Source of the DNA: an uncultured Lentimicrobiaceae bacterium | Lineage (GTDB): Bacteria; Bacteroidota; Bacteroidia; Bacteroidales; UBA4417 | Assembly (NCBI GenBank): GCA_964420555.1 | Contig: CAYQTT010000019.1 | Span: forward strand, 19,154 to 83,153 | Reading direction: 5' to 3' | DNA: 64,000 nt | Shown here: piece by piece, positions 8,379-16,151 of the stretch | Position numbering within the stretch: the stretch's first letter is position 1 | Layout: the number at the start of each line of letters is the position of its first letter | Made by a program: the position numbers and the translations under genes | Notes under the pieces: model-generated | Told to the model about the DNA's origin: nothing | Database searches by the model: none | Seen by the model: the letters and a program-made list of their open reading frames with translations, nothing else

Positions 8379-9453
8379 ACAGCTCACCGGTCCCAGAAAT
8401 TTTCTGAAATTCGCTGACATCGGTAATCAAATCCCAGGCGTAGCGTATAAACATTTTACCCACTTCGTATTCGCTGTAAGGTTCCACCTTTTGTCCCATT
8501 GCCATTTTAACCAGTGATGCCGGCTGGTTTTGACCTGCTGCTGCTGTTAAATAAATCCAGGCAGGAAACCGGGGATTGACTTCCATAATATAAGGCTTCC
8601 CATCATCCGACTGCATAATTTCAAGTTCACATCCACCCCGCCATTTGGTAACTTCTATAAATTTACGGGCAAGTTCAACAAACGACGAATCGTCGATTGT
8701 AATTCCCGACCATGCTTTCCCTTTATCTGTGATATAGAGTTTTCGCATGGGGATCACACTTATTGCATTTCCTTCGCCATCGCCTAAAGCGGCAACATTA
8801 ATTTCGGTGCCTTTAATAAATTCCTGAACTATAATCGGCAATCCCCATTTAGCCTGAATTTTGTAAAATGCTTTTTCAGCCTGCTCAAGCGTATTTACAA
8901 TAATAGCGTCATAAAATTTGCCTTTAACAACCATAGGGTACCCCATTTTTTCGGCTGTTGCTTTCATATCCTTTACATCATGCATGATTTTATCCTCAGG
9001 CACCATTAACCCGTGCTTTTTACCGAACTCGAATAATTTCACTTTATCACGGGCCTCAAACTGTTCAAGATCGGGAAGGAAGGAGCGAATCCCAACTTTT
9101 GCCAGCTTGTCTCTCAGTTTTATAAAATTGAAAAGTTCAGCATCAAAATTCGGGATTACCAGATCAATTTTTTCACGATCGTGGATGTACATCAGCCGGC
9201 CCATCAACGCATCAGTTCCGGCTGAAGGATAAGGAATCTGGTAGGTTTTATCAACAACATCGTGCATATACGAACCCGGTTCGAGCGATTCGTAGGAAAG
9301 GCCTATAATCCTTACTTTAAAATCGCTGCATTCGCGGATAGCGCGTATTACAGCTACACCAGGGCCCGGGCTGTCAATGGCATTTAAACCGGTAACGGCA
9401 ATTACTATTTGCTTTTGGGAGATATGGTTTCTGTTTTCGGCCTGGTCGTTCAT
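8377..9453 (-). CDS. ATP-grasp carboxylate-amine ligase family protein
   Basis: ATP-grasp signatures MVVKGKFYDA, IIVQEFIKGTE, IMEVNPRFPAWIYL. The pre-ATP-grasp N-domain has IVIAVTGLNA. The substrate is unknown. Confidence 0.8.
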   Translation of the reverse strand: MNDQAENRNHISQKQIVIAVTGLNAIDSPGPGVAVIRAIRECSDFKVRIIGLSYESLEPGSYMHDVVDKTYQIPYPSAGTDALMGRLMYIHDREKIDLVIPNFDAELFNFIKLRDKLAKVGIRSFLPDLEQFEARDKVKLFEFGKKHGLMVPEDKIMHDVKDMKATAEKMGYPMVVKGKFYDAIIVNTLEQAEKAFYKIQAKWGLPIIVQEFIKGTEINVAALGDGEGNAISVIPMRKLYITDKGKAWSGITIDDSSFVELARKFIEVTKWRGGCELEIMQSDDGKPYIMEVNPRFPAWIYLTAAAGQNQPASLVKMAMGQKVEPYSEYEVGKMFIRYAWDLITDVSEFQKISGTGEL

Positions 9454-9502
9454 GATTATAAATAATTGCAGTTAGAGTAAATGAGTTATTCTTTTATTGA
9501 AA

Positions 9503-10303
9503 TTATTTTCTCACTGAAAGTTTGTATGTTTCTGATTTAAATTCGCCAGCTTCAATCCTGTAAAAATACATTCCGTCAGCCAGATCGTTGGTTTGAACCA
9601 CTATATTATCGAACGTATGATCTACAACATATAACTTCACCAAATTACCGCTTACATTATACACTTTTAATTCAGCCTGATTTACATTAAACGGCAGGTT
9701 GTATGGTATTGTAACAGTATTGGAAGTCGGGTTTGGAAACGCATTTCGTAACGAAAACCGTTTGCCGGCCGGAAAGTCATTAATGCTTGTTGCTGTTTGC
9801 CCGGGAATCGAATACACTTTTGTGTTAACTTTTTCAGGGAAAACAGAAAAATCATATTCCCATACAAGAAGTTTAGAACCGGTTTGAGCAGGATAAATAA
9901 GAGAATAACCCCCACCTGGAATTGTTTGAAGGATTGTTCCCGATTCGCTTGCAATGCGTGTATCATACGTATAATAAGCCAGCGAGGAATTGTAGATACA
10001 GGACACATAAAGCAGTTCAATAGAGTTATCAGTATTAAACAGGTTTTCGCTTACAAACTGAATATCACAGAGATAATAATTGGCTGGAATGCTCAGATTT
10101 ATCGTTTTCCATAAGGTATGATCGTTATTATACAACTTGCACTGGCTGTTTGGTACGTCCATAACATAGTATTTATAGCCAGCAACAGGCAGATTAACAT
10201 AAGCAGCCGACACTCCTGTATAGGTATGCTCTGGAATTATCTGGCTTTTTAAACCATTAGCTACAGCCACTAAAAAGATGAGAATAAATGCGATTTGTTT
10301 CAT
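9503..10303 (-). CDS. secreted protein with T9SS C-terminal sorting domain
   Basis: Signal peptide MKQIAFILIFLVAVANGLKSQ. C-terminal ~80 aa of the type-A Por sorting pattern (FPNPTSNTVTIPY...LKVYNVSGNLV...LADGMYFYRIEAG...KLSVRK). Confidence 0.75.
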   Translation of the reverse strand: MKQIAFILIFLVAVANGLKSQIIPEHTYTGVSAAYVNLPVAGYKYYVMDVPNSQCKLYNNDHTLWKTINLSIPANYYLCDIQFVSENLFNTDNSIELLYVSCIYNSSLAYYTYDTRIASESGTILQTIPGGGYSLIYPAQTGSKLLVWEYDFSVFPEKVNTKVYSIPGQTATSINDFPAGKRFSLRNAFPNPTSNTVTIPYNLPFNVNQAELKVYNVSGNLVKLYVVDHTFDNIVVQTNDLADGMYFYRIEAGEFKSETYKLSVRK

Positions 10304-10384
10304 AAAAATTGACTTTTGTTTTGGTTCAGTTAGTCTATGGTTTATTAGTTTTTGTGAGTTAGTTTTCTGGATTTAGGCAATCAG

Positions 10385-10624
10385 TTATTCGAAAATTGCA
10401 GCTTCTTTAAGTTGCGCTACAAAATCATCGAGATCCTTTTCGAACTGGTGTTTATCCACATCATACTTTAAGCAGATCGTATCAATAATTTCATGCAAAA
10501 GTTTTTCAGCCTTGAGCAGTGAAATCACTTCTGTACCGATTGAATTTGTTGTGAAGGAATCTCCTGTACCCGGATTAAAAACAAATCCTTCTTCGCTGGT
10601 GGCAATATTTTTTCTGAGTTTCAT
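10385..10624 (-). CDS. PqqD-family (RRE-like) small protein
   Basis: FVFNPGTGDSFTTNSIGTEVISLL...DLDDFVAQLKEAAIFE matches the PqqD/peptide-chaperone pattern. I prefer the ATG at 10624; the ORF-track start at 10681 is a TTG. Confidence 0.65.
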   Translation of the reverse strand: MKLRKNIATSEEGFVFNPGTGDSFTTNSIGTEVISLLKAEKLLHEIIDTICLKYDVDKHQFEKDLDDFVAQLKEAAIFE

Positions 10625-10694
10625 TGTGATGAATTTGTATCTGGTTTCTGGTAAAAAGTAATTTATTCTTTCTTCTTTCAATTTAAACTTTAAG

Positions 10695-10702
10695 CAAAGA
10701 TA
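10695..10702 (-). promoter_or_regulatory. -7 promoter box heading the PqqD/T9SS/ATP-grasp gene string
   Basis: The minus strand reads TATCTTTG, 71 nt upstream of the ATG at 10624 (14 nt from the TTG at 10681). Confidence 0.45.
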
Positions 10703-11484
10703 AAGTGGCTATTTGCTCATTAAAAGTGAATTCAGCATAACCCCTCCTCCTTTAAGTAGAAAGCATAAATGAACAGGTGAACACTTCGAAAAAAAAATTT
10801 TTACTTATAGCACCAAATACTCATTTTTCTTCGTAACTTTAATAGGTTATAAGTTCCTTAAAGATAAAACTTGATTAATACCATTTTAGCGTTGAAAATT
10901 TGTATATAAACTAACCTATCTGTGCATAAGAACTTGGAAAACTTGTACTAAGCATTTGCAAATTCGGGTAATCTTTCAAATTGTAATTACTACTCCCATG
11001 AAAAGATATCCAGAAAATGGCTGCATAAGTGAAACGTTGTCCTGGCAAAGCTCAAAACTTACCTTCCTGATTCTTATGTGCCAATGTCAGATTGCACCCA
11101 AACTAAATCAAAAGTTTCATACTTCTCTGGTTATATTTATTCACACTGATATCATTCCTGATCCCAACCAGGCATCATTCTTTGTTTATACAAAATCCAT
11201 ACATAGGTATATTATAATTCTCCCTGTTCACAGGGCTATCCATATCTTCCCTCATTTACTTCATAAAAATTCTGGCAAGTTCTCATGCTCGCTTTTTCTC
11301 AGGCAATTAACCAACCGAAATATCCAACAATTCGGATGGCAAAAGCCATTTCACTATTTCTTCTCTATCTATACTGTTGAATGCATTACTAAAAAATTAT
11401 CCAATCTCAAACAAACATCAAAGCTGTCGTATGATGGCCTACTGTTTGCATTAATTAATCATTAATTTACTAATTCTTTTAAAA

Positions 11485-11490
11485 AGGAGG
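11485..11490 (+). promoter_or_regulatory. canonical Shine-Dalgarno site
   Basis: AGGAGG 5 nt upstream of the ATG at 11496. Most other genes in the window lack such a site. Confidence 0.5.
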
Positions 11491-11495
11491 TATTT

Positions 11496-12509
11496 ATGTT
11501 TAAAAAGATGCTTGCAATACCAATACTTTGCATCAGTATGGTATTTTTTGTTCAGTGTAGCAAAGATTTATCCGATCAGGATACAAATAATTACAGTGTT
11601 AAAAAAGGGCCCGGTGGCGGTGGAAGCGGTGGAGGAAGTGGTGGCGGAGGAGAGGAAAGTGCTACAAACAATTTATCGTTCCCAGCATTTGCAATGGATG
11701 CTTTTACTATTACGCCAATGCCAATTCCATCTTTCACAGTTCCATATACCGGACCTTACACCGGTTTGTCTGCTGAAGAACTTGCTGCTTTGGAAGGCTA
11801 TACCTGGTATGCACAAAAGGTTACTGGCAATAAATGGCAGGCCGAATTTAAGCAAATGAACGCACCAAATGTGGTTACCTTTATCGATTGGGGCGATGTG
11901 CTTGAATCGGTAAACCCGAAAATCAACAGGCCAACAAGGGTTGAAGTAACATTGTATAAGGATGTTTCCGATGACCCAATGACAGGCTACACAATGGCTT
12001 TGCTGGCATTTCCAAGCAGTAAAGATGAGAAACAGGGAACCAATGGCGTTACATATGACGGGATATGGGCTACTCTTGTTTCACCAGCACCAAAATTAGT
12101 AATACAGTCTATTGCTAATCCGAATATAGTTCCTACATGGGATGGCTCCAAGTGGATAGGCGAGGGTGTTGGAGCCCCGGCTACAGGTTTTGGTTTTGCC
12201 CCGGAACTGAATGTTGGCGGAAAATATATTTTTGGGGCATCGACAGGTGGCTGGAAACCAACTGTTACCGGTGTTTACAGGATAACCTTCTATGTACCTG
12301 CAAATGGATCCAATATCCAGATTACTTCTGAAACAATAATAGCAAATTATCCAGGGAACCAATCGTTTCCAGAGATAACTCCATTAGAAGGAGAATCCGG
12401 AGCAGCAATACCTGTTGTGAGAGGAGATCTTAACCTTACCTATGTTGATGTAACAGTCGTCGCAGGCGGTGGTGGCGGCGGAGGCGGTGGCGGCCATCAG
12501 CTACCATAA
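11496..12509 (+). CDS. lipoprotein of unknown family with Gly-rich linker and poly-Gly C-terminus
   Basis: Lipobox-like signal (ISMVFFVQC-SKD). GPGGGGSGGGSGGGGEE linker and C-terminal AGGGGGGGGGGHQLP. Canonical AGGAGG 5 nt upstream of the ATG. Strong terminator downstream. Confidence 0.65.
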   Translation: MFKKMLAIPILCISMVFFVQCSKDLSDQDTNNYSVKKGPGGGGSGGGSGGGGEESATNNLSFPAFAMDAFTITPMPIPSFTVPYTGPYTGLSAEELAALEGYTWYAQKVTGNKWQAEFKQMNAPNVVTFIDWGDVLESVNPKINRPTRVEVTLYKDVSDDPMTGYTMALLAFPSSKDEKQGTNGVTYDGIWATLVSPAPKLVIQSIANPNIVPTWDGSKWIGEGVGAPATGFGFAPELNVGGKYIFGASTGGWKPTVTGVYRITFYVPANGSNIQITSETIIANYPGNQSFPEITPLEGESGAAIPVVRGDLNLTYVDVTVVAGGGGGGGGGGHQLP

Positions 12510-12541
12510 TTATCGCCAATTTTGTTTATGGATGTTAACCT

Positions 12542-12572
12542 AAAAGAGCCTCATTTACACTGAGGCTCTTTT
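12542..12572 (+). terminator. rho-independent terminator after the lipoprotein gene
   Basis: AAAAGAGCCTCA-tttacac-TGAGGCTCTTTT, a 12-bp perfect stem followed by T residues. Confidence 0.8.
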
Positions 12573-12934
12573 GAATTTACATAATCTTTGAGTTTGCTTA
12601 TCCACATTCATTAATGAGTGAACCTTGTTAATTAGCTGTTACACGATGATTCGATTTAAAAAGGATTGTACACAGAAGATTATATTTGAAAAATATACTG
12701 AGCTGAATGAATAATTAAGTCAACCGAACTGGCAACAGAAAGCAATTAAAAGACGAAAAGACATAAAGTAATCACATAAATGAGAGAGAGCCATTTTAAG
12801 GAGTTTATTCAATTTTAAAAATTTTCTCTTAAACCCTAAATGCTTAGATAATTTAACGAATTTGCAGGATATTTTAATGCTGATCCGGATTACTTTTTTT
12901 GACAGCAAGAAAATTTAAACTGAAAAGAAAAAAC

Positions 12935-13981
12935 ATGAATTCAAAACGACTCATCCTTCCCGACCTACTCAAAGGACTTGCAGCACTCTTTATGGTTCAG
13001 ATCCATATCACCGAACTATTTATAGATACAGCCGGAAAGGAAAGCTTATTTGGGAAAATATCATTATTCCTTGGCGGGCCTTTCGCTGCTGTGGTTTTTA
13101 TGATTGTTATGGGCTATTTTATTGCCCGGAACAAAAGCACTTTAGCACAAAATGTACTTCGGGCAGTAAAGATTTTTATACTCGGATTTTTACTGAATTT
13201 CGGGTTAAATTTCCATTTACTGCTAAAAATCAGGTTTGCCGACTGGCCTTACAATCCGCTGGAATATCTTTTTGGCGTCGATATTTTATACCTTGCCGGG
13301 ATGAGCATTGTAGTGCTCGCTGTCCTGAAATCGCTCAAAAAAGGACAGGAAGCAGCTGCTCTGATCCTGCTCGTAGCAGTTATTGCATTAACAGGTTTCA
13401 TGAACCTGAAGCTAACTGCAGATAATCATTACTACATATTGCCTTTTATTGCAGGAAACTATTCGTGGTCATACTTCCCACTTTTTCCATGGCTGGCTTA
13501 CCCGCTGGCAGGATTTATCTTTGCACGCAATGAACCAAAAATTAAACTCTTCACGGAAAGCAACAAAACAGCTTCAATTTTAATTATTTCGCTAATTGCC
13601 ACAGGGGTTTTGCTTTACGCCAAACAAGGAATAAATACAACCATAAACCTTCCGGCATATTATCACCATACATTCCTGTTTATTCTGTGGGCAATAGGAT
13701 TATCGGCGCTTTGGGCCCTTTTGCTCAAATTTGTAGTGAAACTTCTGCCTGGTGCGGCTGTTACCAATATCTTCTGCTATATCGGGAAAAACATAACCGT
13801 TTTCTATGTAATACAATGGCTGATAATCGGGAATATTGCAACAGCCATTTATCAAACCCAAACTCTCGGTCAATACTGGTATTGGTTTACCGGTATATTT
13901 GCGGTTTCGGTTATGCTTACATTTTTAATTGACAAAATCCGGTTGAAATTATTTCGGAAACCGAAAAAAAAGGTGATCTAA
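12935..13981 (+). CDS. DUF1624/heparan-alpha-glucosaminide N-acetyltransferase-like membrane acyltransferase
   Basis: Polytopic membrane protein with the N-terminal LPDLLKGLAALFMVQIH motif typical of this acyltransferase family. ATG at 12935 preferred over the TTG at 12899. Confidence 0.65.
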   Translation: MNSKRLILPDLLKGLAALFMVQIHITELFIDTAGKESLFGKISLFLGGPFAAVVFMIVMGYFIARNKSTLAQNVLRAVKIFILGFLLNFGLNFHLLLKIRFADWPYNPLEYLFGVDILYLAGMSIVVLAVLKSLKKGQEAAALILLVAVIALTGFMNLKLTADNHYYILPFIAGNYSWSYFPLFPWLAYPLAGFIFARNEPKIKLFTESNKTASILIISLIATGVLLYAKQGINTTINLPAYYHHTFLFILWAIGLSALWALLLKFVVKLLPGAAVTNIFCYIGKNITVFYVIQWLIIGNIATAIYQTQTLGQYWYWFTGIFAVSVMLTFLIDKIRLKLFRKPKKKVI

Positions 13982-14020
13982 AATTAAATTTCCAATAATA
14001 AATTACAACTACCTGCTCTA

Positions 14021-14740
14021 CTAGACCAGGAATGTTTTATCCACAAACTCCTGAAATTTCTCTTTATACTGTTCGCCTACAGGGATATAAACAATATGAT
14101 CGAAAACAATCCTGTTTCGTTCAATCACTTTTATACGATCAAGATTGACGATAAATGAACGGTGCACGCGCATAAATTTTTCCTTCGGCAATTGCTCCTC
14201 CATCGCTTTAAGCCTAATAAGCGTTGTAACGGGCTCATCATTAATCAGATGAATCTGAATATATTCGTTAGCGCTTTCGATATATTTGATTTCGGATAAG
14301 AAAATACGAACCATTTTGTATTCTGATTTTACAAAAAGGCTGTCCTGGGTAGTTTGAACGGATTCCTGCTGTTTTTGATTTAACCTGAACCAGGTTTTAG
14401 CCTTGTTGGCGGACTTCAGAAATACTGTGTAACTGATCGGTTTAAGTAAATAATCAAGCGCATCAACCTGAAAACCTTCGATAGCATATTCGCTGTATGC
14501 GGTGGTAAAAATGATCTGCGGCTTTTGCGTCAGCGATTTTACAAAATCCAGTCCGTTAAGGTCGGGCATGTTAATATCCACAAACATAAGGTCCACCTCG
14601 TTGTTTGCAAGAAATTCGATGGCATCGAAAGCACTACGGCAAAGCGCAACCGCTTCCAGAAACGGAGTTTTTTCGATATACGCGATTATTTGCTTCAGAG
14701 CCAGTGGCTCATCGTCAATTGCCAGGCATTTTATTGTCAT
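14021..14740 (-). CDS. LytTR-family response regulator
   Basis: Receiver domain (CLAIDDEPLAL, LMFVDINMPDLNG, KP) plus C-terminal LytTR domain (IKYIESANEYIQIHL...FMRVHRSFIVNLDRI). Confidence 0.9.
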   Translation of the reverse strand: MTIKCLAIDDEPLALKQIIAYIEKTPFLEAVALCRSAFDAIEFLANNEVDLMFVDINMPDLNGLDFVKSLTQKPQIIFTTAYSEYAIEGFQVDALDYLLKPISYTVFLKSANKAKTWFRLNQKQQESVQTTQDSLFVKSEYKMVRIFLSEIKYIESANEYIQIHLINDEPVTTLIRLKAMEEQLPKEKFMRVHRSFIVNLDRIKVIERNRIVFDHIVYIPVGEQYKEKFQEFVDKTFLV

Positions 14741-15860
14741 AAACAGGTATGGTTAACTGTACTTCATATTCTTTTTCGCTCTCATGAATATCGAGCGAAT
14801 AGTCGTTCCCGAATAGCAGTTCGAGGCTTTTTTTAATATTTGCCAAACCAATGCCTGAATATTCTTTTTCACTGGTTTCCTTCGCTTTGAAACGACTGTT
14901 GCGGATAACACAATTCAATTTCCCATTCTTTTGTTCCAGTTTAAACAGAACAAACGATTCCTTCTGGTAACTTACACCATGTTTAAACGCATTTTCGAGG
15001 AACGAAATAAAAAGCATAGGCGGAATCGGGATATCACGGATTTCATCAGGAAGCGTCAGCATAACAGTCACATTTTCGGGGAACCGCAATTTCATTAACG
15101 TGATATAACTTTCGATAAAAGCTATCTCCTTTTTCAATGTCGTTTGTCCGTGTGCAGTATCGTAGAGCAGGTAGCGCATCATGGTCGACAACTGAATGAT
15201 CGTATTTTTAGCATCTTCGGCATTAATATCGATAAGCGCGTGAATGTTGTTAAGCGTATTCATAAAAAAATGGGGGCTCACCTGATGTCTCAGAAGGGCC
15301 AGCTGAGTTTTCAGCTGTACTTTTTCAAGGTCTTTGCGCTTATTCTCCTCGTTGAGCCATTGCGAAACCATTTTAAAAGATGTACTAATTCCTACTACAA
15401 GAACTGCAATAATAAAATTATCAAGAAACAGCATGAACATCGATTTCTGCTCAGGCTGAGCTACTGGCTGATAACCCATTGGCGGCGGCATTCCCGGACC
15501 TAATTCCATTGGTGGCATTCCAGGCCCCAGTTCCATGGGTGGCATTGACATTGGCTGTCCCGGAGCTAGCAGCATCCTGATAGTTATTGTTAAACTAACC
15601 ACAGCGATAGTAGTAAACAAAGCAGACAGAATATAGGAGCGGTATTTTTTTTGAAATAAAAAATGTGGAACTAAAACCAACGTATTAAGCAGAAACAAAA
15701 CTAAAAAGGATGACATCCTGATCCATTCGCCATAAACTTTATCCCAGTTTACCGTATTATCAATGCGGTGAAAAAAGAATGGCAAGGCAAACACAGCCGT
15801 CCAGATAACAACAAACACTATTATTTCGATGATCCGGATATTGAGTATTTTTTCTCTCAT
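14715..15860 (-). CDS. LytS/His_kinase-type sensor histidine kinase
   Basis: N-terminal TM helices. HQVSPHFFMNTLNNIHALI (PF06580-type H box). C-terminal ATPase region. Overlaps the regulator gene by 26 nt. Contains the tandem Pro-rich duplication PMELGPGMPPMELGPGMPPP. Confidence 0.85.
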   Translation of the reverse strand: MREKILNIRIIEIIVFVVIWTAVFALPFFFHRIDNTVNWDKVYGEWIRMSSFLVLFLLNTLVLVPHFLFQKKYRSYILSALFTTIAVVSLTITIRMLLAPGQPMSMPPMELGPGMPPMELGPGMPPPMGYQPVAQPEQKSMFMLFLDNFIIAVLVVGISTSFKMVSQWLNEENKRKDLEKVQLKTQLALLRHQVSPHFFMNTLNNIHALIDINAEDAKNTIIQLSTMMRYLLYDTAHGQTTLKKEIAFIESYITLMKLRFPENVTVMLTLPDEIRDIPIPPMLFISFLENAFKHGVSYQKESFVLFKLEQKNGKLNCVIRNSRFKAKETSEKEYSGIGLANIKKSLELLFGNDYSLDIHESEKEYEVQLTIPVYDNKMPGN

Positions 15861-15892
15861 TTTTTAAATTACAGAATCCGATGCTTTAACCA

Positions 15893-15900
15893 CAAAGATA
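15893..15900 (-). promoter_or_regulatory. -7 promoter box for the LytS/LytTR operon
   Basis: The minus strand reads TATCTTTG, 33 nt upstream of the ATG at 15860. Confidence 0.5.
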
Positions 15901-16151
15901 GGTTCAGCAGGGTTGATTAACAAATTATATCAGCAAAATGCCATAAAAGTTAAACAGATCATCAGGATAAATCAGCAAACCTTGTTATTCCCTGAACTGT
16001 TTAATCGATGATTCAGCCGATATCACCGTTAATATTCATGATTACACATATTTGCAATAAAACAATCCCATTTTTGAATTAAAAGACAGTATTAATTTAT
16101 TTTATTTGTAACATTTTTTAGTGCTTTCACGTCTTACACAAAATATTCTTC

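Noticed and set aside
8030-8517. Three plus-strand ORFs (8030..8407, 8220..8417, 8284..8517) translating as FTIHYSLFTFHFSLF...
   Set aside because: They are read-throughs of the CACTWTT heptamer array in three frames. They are antisense to or overlap the well-supported decarboxylase and ATP-grasp genes.
15480-15550. Tandem duplication encoding PMELGPGMPP in the LytS-type kinase
   Set aside because: It is an in-frame Pro/Gly/Met-rich linker duplication between the membrane and kinase domains. This is likely simple repeat expansion, not a separate feature.
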